Assembly (NCBI GenBank): GCA_000442015.1
Contig: KE561047.1
Coordinates: 141,341-205,340, forward strand
Length of the DNA stretch: 64,000 nucleotides
Source of the DNA: Rozella allomycis CSF55
Taxonomy: Eukaryota
Direction: 5' to 3'
The position numbers were made by a program, and so were the translations under genes. A model generated the notes under the pieces. It saw only the letters and a program-made list of their open reading frames with translations, did no database searches and was not told the DNA's origin. This document shows, in pieces, positions 52,630 to 64,000 of the stretch (the first letter of the stretch is position 1; the number at the start of each line of letters is the position of its first letter).

Positions 52630-52742
52630 TAAATCACTTTTTTATACGATGCATTTTACAGATTCACTATTTTAAAATTATATTCAGCGAAATTTTAAGC
52701 AAACGTAACGTAAATTTTACTCTATATATTGATTCGAAATTT

Positions 52743-54142
52743 ATGGACGCAATAGAATATCGGAAACTACAAATAGCTTCAGTGACGGGCTTGAAAGGCA
52801 CTACCATTAATGAAATCCAAACCATAATGCTAATTGGCACTGTAATTAATTAATAATTAGCCTAACGAGTTGTGCTACGGGCTATTCAACATCCTTACCA
52901 AATTAGTACCACAAACATCAAAATTCAATTTTCTAATCGGATACTCTATATTCTGCTGTATTCCATTTGTGTCATTCACATTCTGCGACTACAACATTTA
53001 CATATTGTCAGTGATACTCGGACTAGTACTTACATCAAAGTAATGCTCACAACGTATTGACAAAGATTATTTATTAATTCCGATGAAATTTCATTCAAGA
53101 ATAAGAGAAAGCCGTTTATTACAGCATATAGAGCAATGATGATGTTGCTGACTTGCATCTGTATTTTAGCGGTAGATTTCAAGATATTTCCAAGGCGGCT
53201 AGCCAAAACAGAGTTGTATGGGACATCATTGGTAGATATTCTTTATCTGATAAAGCAGATGGATCTTGGAGTAGGCTCCGTAGTGTTTTCAGGTGGTGTG
53301 GTGTCAGCAAAATCTATAGTTCAAGACAAAATACTGGGATGGAGAATTATCAAAAGGGGAGCCACTAAAAGCATACCAGTTCTTGTCCTAGGGCTGATTC
53401 GAATGCTATCCGTTAAAGGTCTTGACTACCAAGAACATGTATCAGAGTATGGCGTCCATTGGAACTTTTTCTTTACGCTTGGATTTCTTCAAATATTTGT
53501 TGCAATTGTGCAAGCATTCGTGAGTCCAAAGTATTTTGTAAAGTTTTCCATTGTTTTGATGGGTGTTTTGGAAGTGTGCTTGAGGCGGCGGGGAAATGTA
53601 TTGCTGTCGGATGACCGTAGTGATATATTTTTGATGAATAAAGAAGGCATTACAAGCCTTTTTGGTAAGATCTATTTGGATTTGTGAAAGGATATCTGTG
53701 TATATATTTGACGGCATGTAAACTGGGATCTGTTTTAAACGATACAGCTAGCGGGTATAAAAAGACTAGCAAGACACTTATTTTATATTCATGTGTATTT
53801 GGGATATGTCTATTTTTGTATATTAATGTTTTAAACCTGGAAGTTTGTAGGAGACTTGCCAATGCAGGATTTTATTTTTGGATTTCCGCAACAAATTGTT
53901 TTATTTTATTGTGCTTGAGTTCTTTTGACTATTTTTTACCTTCAAGTTATGAATGCTCAATTTTAGGGGCTGTTAATAGACATCAACTTTTGACGTTCTT
54001 GTTGGCCAATGTTCTTACAGGATTAATTAATATGAATATGCAGACTTTGTTGGCATCGGACAATGTAGCCATTGCGGTGGTTTCTGTTTACATGATTATA
54101 GTTTGTTGGATTGCAAAGAAAGTAGATGAAAAGTTAAAGTAA
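52743..54142 (+). CDS. GWT1: GPI inositol acyltransferase Gwt1/PIG-W, 4 introns
   Basis: YRAMMMLLTCICILAVDFKIFPRRLAKTE, MDLGVGS, YQEHVSEYGVHWNFFFTL, NKEGI, RRLAN, FLLANVLTGLIN. Confidence 0.95.
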
Positions 54143-54228
54143 CAAATAATTTAACGTACACAAATTAGATGAAACAAAAACCTTTATTTAAATGAATGAA
54201 ATAACCTAATAAATATGAAATACCTACC

Positions 54229-56288
54229 TTAATCATCTTCTGTCAACATTCTAATTTCTTCTTCTAGAGCTTTGAGCTGTTCTTCGCTGGTTATTAGATT
54301 TGAACCTTCCATATTTTCAAAGTCCGCGTCATTTTCATCATCTAATGCACCCATGAACCCTTTTGTTGAAAATAACAATTCATCATTTTCCAGCTCATCT
54401 TCAGCGATTTTCATTTCTTGACCATCTAAATTAAATGTATTTTCAATTTCTTCATTTGTATTGTTTTCATTTGCATTATTTGATTCATTTGTATTGTTCA
54501 ATTCATTTATATTGTTTAATTCATTTGAATTGTTTATTTCTACATCTATTTCTGCATTTTCTGAATTTGTATTTTCATTTTCCATTTCTTGATCTTCTAA
54601 ACCCTGGTTAAGATCTGAATCCGAATTTTCGGAATCTACAGTATCTTGAGTGCCAGTTTCACAAGTAGAATCAATTGACGATTCATTATCTGATGCTGCT
54701 TGAAAATCTTCATCCTCTGAAGAATCATATTCCAACAAGGCTTGAGAATGATTGGCAGTGTTAGATTCAAGGGCGTTTTCTAGCCAAATATCTCTAATCT
54801 TAATGGGGACTCTAGCGGATGCAAAGAGATAACGATGAGGACGAAAAAATTCAATGGTGTTTGAAATGTAGCTGCAAGAGAATTCAGATATCTTTTCCAA
54901 GTAAGAATCCCAGCCAGCCATTTGACACAAGTTTACAATAATTTCATCACAATTGCCAAGTAGTTCAACATCAAATTCATGATGTCTACATGTTTCTCGA
55001 TTAATGTAAACTTGAGGTACATTTGGTGGAATATATTCTATTGTCAAATATTGTAATCAATTACCTAGAATGCTTGCTACCGGTTGGACTTTCAAAGAAG
55101 ATCCAATAACAATAACAAGATCCACTTGAATTTTATCAGAGTTTAATGCATCATCAAAAGTAGAAGGAAGTTTCTCACCAAAAAATACAATGTCTGGCTT
55201 TATTACTCCTTGTTCACAAGTAGAACACTTTGGAACAACTCCATTGAACACTTCTGCTCTAATATCTTCAGAAGAAAACTTTTGTGAACAATTCAAACAC
55301 GTTGCAGAAGCAAATGATCCATGGCATTGGATTACTCGCTCTATCCCTGCAACTTGTTCTAATGTGTCGATATTTTGTGTATAATTTCTCAAAAGCTTAG
55401 ATTGCAGCTCAAGAAGTCTAATAAAATAATGTGTTATAGATGGTGTATAATTTCCAGGGTATAATTCTTTAGCGAAAGAATAAAATGGACGAGGGTCATA
55501 TTTAAAGTAATCAATATCAAACATCACCTCTGGCTCAGGTAGATCATACTCATCTTTCAGTCTCTTATAAATCCCATTCTCAGATCTAAAATCTGGTATC
55601 CCACATGAAACAGAAATCTTCTCATCCACATTAAAACCTTTTACCCCTGCGCCTGTAAGAACCAGAATGTTCTTCTTATCAGACAAAAGTCTAACTACAT
55701 CGCTTATTGAATTTACATGAGACAACTTTTTTCTCTTTTGATGCTTAGGCAACATGTATTGCTGAAACACAATCCATAAAAATTCATCATCCTCATTCAT
55801 TATCTCACCCTAGTTAATTTAAAATTATCATCTTACCAATTCTAGCCCAAAAAGTGATATCAGCATTCGAATATCAGTCTTTTCCTTTTTATGATATTCT
55901 AAAAATGAATGCACACCTTTCAAAACCTCACATAATTAATACCTTTTGATTTGATTTCTTCAACTAATACTTTATACATCTCTTCCCGCACCTCTTCTTC
56001 ATTTTCCATATCCTCAACCATTTCTTGTTGTGAAATTTCATTCATATCAACAAAAACACTCTCCTCTTCAACCTGATCATTATTTATCGTTTCTAAAATA
56101 TCCTCTTCCCTACCTGCTGCGTCGGCTTCAACATCAACATCATCAACAGAAAGAAGCGGATCGACCTCACTCTCAATTACATCCTCCGGGTCATACAGAA
56201 ATGGTATTGCCATTTCTATATCCTCTTGTTTTGCCTTTTTTGATGAACCGTCAGAATCGTGCTCTGGTGACCGTTTGTTTGAATTCAT
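54229..56288 (-). CDS. SIR2: Class I sirtuin (Sir2/SIRT1-like), 4 introns
   Basis: TGAG|ISVSCGIPDFRS, YTQNIDTLE, CHGSFASA, two CxxC, KPDIVFFGE, GSSLKVQPV. Confidence 0.92.
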
Positions 56289-56399
56289 AACCCTGGTTTT
56301 TTGAATGGAAAATTCGGAAACCAAATTTTGGCGCCAATATACAATAAATAAGGCGCTGTTACACAAATAATAAACAATGTAATGCAGAAATAAATTTTA

Positions 56400-58535
56400 T
56401 TAGAGTGAACACAGAGACAATTTCGCAAACCTTCCAAATGACCAGTTCGGATGCTTTATCATTACAATAGGTTCTTCAAAGTCAATCCTACGACAATACT
56501 CTACAAATTTTAAGCTTGAAACATATCCTATTGCAAAAGATTTGCCTTTAGAAAAGGAATAACTTCCTGTTGTCGTGAAACCTATCATTTGATCGTTGCA
56601 AGGAACTGGCAATGTAGCATCTTTTTTCATTTGCTCTTTATCAAAGTCTTCGAGAATTTTATCGTCGTCACCTTCAAAATCCGGTAGCTCTGCGGGCTTG
56701 GTAGAGGTGCAAAGTTCAAACAGTTCAATATCTTGTTCGTTCAAACTGAAGATTTGCATGTAATCAACAGCACTGCCACCATAATCAAATGAAACAGATA
56801 CAGCTACAATAGAAGACGAAAAATTAAACGATCCCTTGAGAAACTGTTCAGCTACACTTTGGCAACTTGAAGTGTCCGTGTTAACAACTTGATTGAATAG
56901 TTCAGGAATGAATGCCCCTTGTAAAATCCATGGCTCCGACAAACCAATGACATCCCAGTCTGGACCAAATGGAGCCAAAGTATTCAACTTTTTAAAGTTT
57001 GGCCGCTTGGCTGGAGGTTTTTTGTTATATTCCATTTCAGTTTCTGTGATTATAGTATCCCACCATTTTTCACCAGAATCAGTCGTTAAATAGTCATCAG
57101 GAAAGAAAGGTTTTTCTGATTCATAAAATAAAAAATGTCTCTCCCGTAACCCAGCTATACGCACTCCTGCAAAATGAAACAATCGAAGAAATTCTGTAGA
57201 ATAACACTTTGGCAAAACCAAAAGAGTAGAATTATTACTATCTAACATTGGGTTGTATGATAACATGATTGGAATGGACGGATCAATGGCGGGATCATTT
57301 TCAAGTTTGGACCCTGGAATTTCTAACTTTGACTTTCTGGCATTAATTTCACATTCCTTCAACTTTCCATTTTCTAATGCTTTTAAATAATCTTGATTAA
57401 ATAATTTTCCTGAATCTTCTGTCTTAAAATCCCCTTCGTCATCTAGCATATTTTCATTATCATCTTCAACTTCTTGGAAATGTACGGGATATTTCAGTCT
57501 TGGGTCTTCTACTTCTAAGTGTATTGTTTCAGGCGATTGTCTTAAATGAGTCCATTCTAATTGAATAGCAGCATCATGCGATCGAATGGTTTGTTTCAAA
57601 ATTGGGAGGGTTAGAGGCCCATGAAATTCAAATAATGAAAGTTTATCATTCAAATTATAATCAATTTCTTTTAATTCAAATAAATATTTTTACGATTGGC
57701 AACAAAAATTTCACATAAAGCGTCATGACTTGAAGGATGAACCCAAAGGGAAAGAAGGTCATCATTAATCCATTGAAACATCAAGGGGCAAATCATAGAA
57801 GTTGGATAACGTTCATACAAGAAAGTTCTTTGTAAATGTTTTCGTGATCTGGACTCTTCTGCCAAAGGAGTAGGACAATTCAAATCAAAAAACGAATTTA
57901 ATTTCTCTGCATTCTGTAAATTCAACGTGAAGCATTTAAAATAGCTCAAATCAATCATTACACTTCTATGCAAACTGTCACGATAAATCGCTCTTCTTCC
58001 TTTGTCATTTGGATGCAACGGAACGCGATAACCCCATAAATTCGCCATGTGAAACCTTTTTGCATGCCAAATATGTGTTTCAAGCCATTTTTTGTCATCT
58101 AAAATATAATATGCCATTAATTCTACTTTGTCTGTTAGCGAAAAATTCTCTAAGATTATGTTTATTCTTTCTTCTCTGTCTACGATTTAATGGTTTTGTG
58201 TTCTTTGAATTCTATTATCGTCAGCGATTTAAATTACCTTTGGGCGGAAATTCTTTGGAATTCGCTTTGGATTATGACTCGCGGCGCGACGTCTCATGTG
58301 TTTGGGCAAGGTTTGAAATATCATCTTGGTCGAGTTTCTGCTTATTTACTATAACCACTTTTTACTTTTCACTCAATGCATTATTCAAGTTGTGAATTTC
58401 CCAAGCTCTGGCTTTAACAAATTCCTCAGAGTTTAGCATAATTAAAGACGCAAGAGAATTAACTGGTGGAGAAGGTTTCTCTTGTTTTTCATTTCCTTTC
58501 TTTTTTTGAGCTTTCGCAGGAAAAGAAATATTCAT
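56400..58535 (-). CDS. POP1: RNase P/MRP subunit Pop1, 4 introns
   Basis: FVKARAWEI, FQTLPKHMRRRAASHNPKR, WLETHIWHAKRFHM, FFPDDY, KPPAKRPNF, IGFTTTGSYS. Confidence 0.92.
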
Positions 58536-58547
58536 GAAATTTACGAA

Positions 58548-59878
58548 ATGAAAAATGACTTGAAAAATGTTGCAGAAGTAATTAGCAAATGTGTGGCCTT
58601 TATTAATTCATACAGAGAGTTTCTTGGATGCCATATTGTTGAATTTTATGAAAAGAATTTGTGGAATACAGTTTTTCCACATGAATGGAGATCATATTTT
58701 GAAGAGACTTGTTTCAATGAAGAAATGGCAAATGATTTAGTTTTAAAGTTTTTGGAAGAAAAAGACTTTAAAGATTTCCCTGAGACTTTAAGAATATATT
58801 TGAAAACCTGTCTTGATCTCTCCATTTTCCATAATCCCGAGTATCAAAAGGATCTATTTGAAACTTCGATACCTTATCCACAAAAATATGAAAAGAAAAT
58901 ACCAGAGTTACTTAAGGTCGGCATGAACGACAAAAAGATACACGAAGTAAGCAAATTATGTAGTTTCTTGGATTTTATCTCGAAAGACCTTGATTTAGAT
59001 TTCGTCATTGACGTGGGTTGTGGAAAGGGATATCTTACTTCGGCTCTGGCACTATTAATGAGAGAATCGCGGATTGTGGGCTTTGACTATAGCTCTACTC
59101 AAATATCTGGTGCAATCGGAAGGTGTGATTTAATAACAAAGAAATCGAGAGGAAAGCTTCAGTTTGATAATTTATGTTTCAAAGAATCATTTGTAGACAA
59201 GGTACTTTTGAATAAAGAGCAACAACCTTTTGTGCTTACTTCATTGCACTCCTGTGGTAATCTGTCTTCCACAATGATCGCTACATTTTGTGAAAACTCC
59301 AACTGCAAAATGCTTTTGAATGTTGGATGCTGTTATAATATGCTTACAGAAAAGCATGATAATGAGAATTTTGGATTCCCTTTGTCTAGTGTGCTTATTA
59401 ATGCTGGGTTTTCACTGGGAAGTAGGATGAAGAATTTAGCTTGTCATTTTCCAGAGAGCATTTTAGATTCAAAGGAAGAAATTACAAAGCACCATTATAG
59501 AGCCATGCTACAAGTAAAGGTGCATTTGAGATTGTTATCAAGATTTTATTAAAGCGCAAGGGCATTGAAGATGTAAAAGTAGAAAGAAATAGAACCCATA
59601 AAACCTGGGGTGATTATTTAAAATCAATTAGTAAAAGTACAAATGTATCTGGCATTACCGACGATCACGATGTGGAAGCCGATTTCGGTAAGGACAAGTG
59701 TAGGCTACTGATATTTTTTGCCCTCAAAGTGGTTTCTAGTTCAGTTTTGGAATCACTCATTATATTAGATAGGTTATTGTATCTATTAGAAAACGGTCAT
59801 GACGCTAAATTAGTCAATATTTTTGACAGAGCGGTCAGTCCTAGGTGTATTGCCATTTTAGCGCATAAAACTAAATAA
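58548..59878 (+). CDS. METTL25/RRNAD1-like methyltransferase, 1 intron
   Basis: MNDKKIHEV, IDVGCGKGYL, LHSCGNLS, VGCCYN, LESLIILDRLLYL, SPRC. Confidence 0.87.
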
Positions 59879-60073
59879 AATATTTGCATTTCCGTTTTTG
59901 TTCAATATAATCTTTAACTAATAACTTCTCAAAATACAAATATCTCGCCCAAAATAGATGAAGTCGATATGAATAGCTGTCTTTACAGATTAATTAAACA
60001 TCTTTGGCTTCAACCAGGCGAGTGCGTTCATTTTTTGAAAAATAAAAAGTAATTGCTTTGGAATAAACCAATT

Positions 60074-60340
60074 TTATATCATAAAATCAGCAACTGCTTT
60101 AATAAATGAATTCCACAGCTTGGGGAATCCCCCATCATCATACGTTTCTATCATATAATCATCCCTCTTCCACTGTATTTCTCGGTGGTCATTGATCGAC
60201 AAACATTCATCAAGAACACCCTTAACATTATCTAATCGATACGACAGCGAATTGATCTTTAGAACTCTGTACATGGACAAAAATGTCACTGCGCTAGAAG
60301 CAAATAAAACGCCCGTTCCAAATCCAGTGATAGCTTGCAT
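60074..60340 (-). CDS. Small single-TM protein, possibly MICOS Mic12-like
   Basis: N-terminal GFGTGVLFASSAV TM and C-terminal KLWNSFI motif. Confidence 0.4.
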   Translation of the reverse strand: MQAITGFGTGVLFASSAVTFLSMYRVLKINSLSYRLDNVKGVLDECLSINDHREIQWKRDDYMIETYDDGGFPKLWNSFIKAVADFMI

Positions 60341-61057
60341 AGGTTGGATTTTGAGTTTTGGATACCGGAATTTCAAATTACAAATTTCCCTCATGATCAA
60401 GATTAAATTTCCACCAAAAAGTAGCTTGAGCTTTGAAAATCCTCCTGGTTTTGATTTTAAATCAAAACCAACCAGAAAACCTGAAAAACAAGGATCAATA
60501 GCGAATTTAAAAGCGAAAGTAAGTGATTAAAGATATTTAGGAAGTAGAAAGCATGGGATGCTGCATTAGCGCCAGGAAAAAGTATTTTTATGACGCTGTT
60601 CATGTTGTGGATGTCAGGTTCATCAGTGCAAATATTCAGTTTGATGATAACTGGAATGTCGTTGTACAATCCAATAAAGGCACTTTGCCAATTGAATAAC
60701 AGTAAAGCAATTTTCCCGTTGAAATAGTATTCTCGGCATTTGAATCAAAAGGAGAATCCTTCTTTATGCAAAAAGTTACATTTGCCTTTTTTCAACTCCT
60801 CACATTGCTTATAGGACTATATAAATGTTCAAATCTTGGTCTTTTGCCAACTTCAACTTCTGATTGGCTTTCGTTTTACGATGAAAAGGTAAAAATGCTT
60901 CCAAAGTTCAACAAGACGAATGAAATCGTCGGTTACGTTATATGAATTGCTCACCGTGATTAAATGCAAAGCTCTCATACGTTTTTAATATAAATTCAAC
61001 ATTTTTATAAATCCTTGGTAATAATAATGGTTAATGAACTACAATAATTACAAACTT

Positions 61058-62473
61058 TTATTCCTTTCTGGATTGGCATTCCGATGCTTGACAGTAAAAG
61101 GATAAAACTAATTTCATGGTTTCAATTTCTTGAAGTTCCTCCATCAGTAGCGGTGTCTTCCACCCCCAAGATTGATTGTTTTTAAAAGTTTTCCCCTCCA
61201 TTTTAAGAATGGGTTCATTTATGGAAATTGGTGCGTAGTAAAGGTTCATTTTAGCATTAAATATATACTTTGACGTATTTTTCGCCTTCAAATATATGTT
61301 TAAGGTATCATCAGATTCAATGTTAAGAAACCAGCACCATTCTACACCTTGGTACTTAAAATTCACTAATTCTATTCTTTCTTCGTGCGGAAATTTCCAC
61401 CACTTATATTTAATAGAGACACAGCACCTATAAGGTGTTGCAAAGCCTAATTCGTTTGCCTGTAGGAACATTGACTCTACCAAGCGGTCTTCTTTTACTC
61501 TATGTAGTTCAAGTGGCCCCAATTGATGAAAATTTACATTTTCTTGCAGAATGTCCAAATGATGGCATGCTTTATTGTCTTTTTCAAGAATCCCACATTC
61601 AGATTCAAACAAAAGTGCCCGCCACTGGGTTACTGCATCATCCAACGACACAAATCCATTTGATAGCCGTTTCGCACATACATCTCTAATTACGCAATAT
61701 CTTCGAAATTCGCTTTTTGCCCAAAGGGCAGAGGATGAACAAAAAGCTTCGAAAAATGGATCAGGTGAAATTAGAAGGGCAATCTCAAACGCTTTAATAT
61801 TTTCTGCATCACTATGGCCAACAAGCATCTGAGACAATAATTGGTCGTATAAATCATGAAATAAATATTTCTCTGGTAATACTTCTGTAATTTTCTTTAA
61901 ATTCTTCATGAGTATGGTCCAATTTGAGGGGTTGTTGCATTCTCGTTTATAATGTACTAAAGCTTCCGACAGCCATTGAGACATTTGTAAAATCAATGAT
62001 CCTATGATAACAAAAGTACAAGTTGTTGATGTCCATCTGACTGTGTGTCCATACAGCATCCTTGTGACTAGTTTGATCCCGTTTTCCATTATATCACTAT
62101 GGGTCGGTAGAACCTTTATCATATTAGAGCTAGGCTCATATTCAAAAAATGAAGTCATAACTGTTGATTTTTGATTAAATAGTGCATGAAAGGTCGGGGA
62201 TTGACACAAGACAATCTTATGGAGTGCTATAGATCTCTGTTGTATATATAAAATGCAATCTGTAAAAGCACCTTTTATAAAGCCATTTGAATACAGTGAA
62301 AATTTAGAGTCTGAAGAAAGAGGAGTCGAAAAATCTGTTTCGAAATGATTTTCAAGAAGTGAAACAAACGAAGCCGACGAATTTGTTTCCGTTTGTTCAG
62401 AAATCGGCTCGAATGAATAAGAGGTAGATTTCTTCATTTGCTTTTTACTGCTATTAAATGTCATGAATCGCAT
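61058..62473 (-). CDS. BTB/POZ protein with MATH-like C-terminus
   Basis: FTDCILY..ALHKIVLCQSPTFHAL; C-terminal YQGVEW..LNIYL..QSWGW. Confidence 0.75.
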   Translation of the reverse strand: MRFMTFNSSKKQMKKSTSYSFEPISEQTETNSSASFVSLLENHFETDFSTPLSSDSKFSLYSNGFIKGAFTDCILYIQQRSIALHKIVLCQSPTFHALFNQKSTVMTSFFEYEPSSNMIKVLPTHSDIMENGIKLVTRMLYGHTVRWTSTTCTFVIIGSLILQMSQWLSEALVHYKRECNNPSNWTILMKNLKKITEVLPEKYLFHDLYDQLLSQMLVGHSDAENIKAFEIALLISPDPFFEAFCSSSALWAKSEFRRYCVIRDVCAKRLSNGFVSLDDAVTQWRALLFESECGILEKDNKACHHLDILQENVNFHQLGPLELHRVKEDRLVESMFLQANELGFATPYRCCVSIKYKWWKFPHEERIELVNFKYQGVEWCWFLNIESDDTLNIYLKAKNTSKYIFNAKMNLYYAPISINEPILKMEGKTFKNNQSWGWKTPLLMEELQEIETMKLVLSFYCQASECQSRKE

Positions 62474-62606
62474 TCAGCAGAACGTGTCGGACAATCGGAC
62501 TTGGAATTTTCGGTCGAGACTTTAAATGATTTTGGCAGATCATATTGACTTAAAAATGGAGAGTAAAATATATAGTCCTTCAATCATCAAACTATAAGAA
62601 TTTCAT

Positions 62607-63137
62607 TTATTCTTTAAGAAATTTGGACAAATCAGAAAAACCTTCCTTCTTCTTGAAAGTTGAATCCTGTAAAACAGATTGAGTAGCATCGTTTGAATAG
62701 TCGGATACCCATTCTGCAAAAGTAGAATTATCCTAAATACAATATGTGCAAAAAACTTACATGAGTAACTCTCTTAAGACGAATTGTATGGATGGCACTC
62801 ATGCAATGAGTTGGTGGATTGCTTTCAATGAGTTCATAAGTTATGAAATGTTGCAAATCTATTGGAATTGTTGGGTAAAATTTACCTGAAAGTTCAACAA
62901 TTCTAATCTTTTGAATGGTACCATCTTTGTAAGTAACCTTTTTCAATGCTCCGACTATGTTAAACTATATTAAATATCATACCACCAGTTCCTTCGGAGT
63001 CCACGGTAGCGACGGTTGTAAGCCATTTAAAATCAAGGGGGCGAATAATATCCCAAATCTATGAAATGTAAAATCTGAATCTATACCTTGTTTTCAGGAG
63101 TTTTGAAAACTCTAGTTTCAGAAATATGTGTTGCCAT
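62607..63137 (-). CDS. Bet v 1/SRPBCC (polyketide cyclase-like) protein, 4 introns
   Basis: IWDIIRPLDFKW, VGALKKVTYKDGT, ITYELIES, TIRLKRVTH|DNSTFAEWVSDYSND. Confidence 0.8.
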
Positions 63138-63297
63138 TTTCTTCGGTTGTTATTGCAAGGGTAGTAGGCAAGCAATTGAGAACTTCTTGGAAACACGATC
63201 GATGAAACAAAATAGACGAATAAATTTAAACTATTTTTTTCCATTTATTAGAAAACCTAATATTTGAACCTAACATTTATGAAAATTCGCATTTCAA

Positions 63298-64000
63298 ATG
63301 CAGGTGCAAGACGAGGCCTATGCTGAACCAAATGTAGTTGATGCCATAATGTCATCCTGGAAAACCCGCCTTACAGAAGACGAAAGAGTGAAGCTTTCAT
63401 TGATGCTACTAGAAGGATTGCCGACTCAATATTTGTCATTTGTGATTTCAGATCTTACTTCGCATATTCATACAGATATTATTAGAAATCTGCCTTATGA
63501 GATTAGTTTGAAGGTACTTTCCTACTTGGAACCTAGATCAATTGTGAATTGTAGCTTAGTGAGCAAATATTGGTATAAAATATGCCACGACAATAATTTA
63601 TGGAAAAAAGTGTATTCAAGGAAAAGTAATTGTTATAATGTTGAAAGATTTAGACTTTAACAAAGAGATTCCATGTTGGAATAGCGCTAATTCCGAGAGA
63701 ATTCATGATAGCATTGTTCGTGGAAATAAATCAGAGTCAGAAAGTGAATGGCTTCAAATGTATATTAACCACACTAGAGTATCTAATAATTGGAAATCTT
63801 CAAAGTATCAGCCAAGTCGAGTAAAAACGTTTGCTGGGCATGATGATGCTGTTTATAGTTTACAATTTGATGATAAAAAGATGATTACAGGCTCACGAGA
63901 CCGAAGTATAAAAATCATAAATCTTGAAACTTTTGAGCAAACTAAACATTTGGAAGGACACGAAGGTTCTGTTCTTTGCCTTCACTTTATGGATGATATG
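63298..64000 (+). CDS. F-box/WD40 protein, 5' part, runs off the window
   Basis: DIIRNLPYEISLKVLSYL F-box; GHDDAVYSLQFDDKKMITGSRDRSIK and GHEGSVLCL WD repeats. Confidence 0.9.

Noticed and set aside
60457-60980. Minus-strand ORF fragments
   Set aside because: In-frame stops not resolvable by modal introns; gene or pseudogene status cannot be supported.

Overview
Gene-dense, AT-rich eukaryotic DNA using the standard genetic code. It carries flagellar/centriolar genes (centrin-3, DNAL4, ARMH1) beside fungal-type genes (GWT1, Dsf2-like, RAD26), which suggests an early-diverging zoosporic fungus such as a Rozella-like cryptomycete (inference). I reconstructed about 35 protein genes by hand, plus two intact tRNAs, one gap-truncated tRNA, a candidate C/D snoRNA, two solo-LTR-like insertions and a transposon-rich island (about 26.9-29.3 kb). 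Single Ns at 798, 7926, 28030 and 29279 are assembly joins. The ORF track is fragmented because genes are split by about 125 tiny introns, nearly all 25-32 nt, often lacking a polypyrimidine tract, and roughly a quarter ending in AAG. Main discovery: the only two double-length introns I reconstructed (58 nt in Ras, 56 nt in DNAL4) are each two normal-sized GT..AG units abutting at AG|GT, i.e. zero-nucleotide exons or recursive splicing of micro-introns. Two other introns appear to need a non-canonical AATTG acceptor. Together these suggest a length-measuring ('ruler') splicing system. All splicing and gene calls come from manual reading and remembered protein motifs; no searches or transcript data were available.
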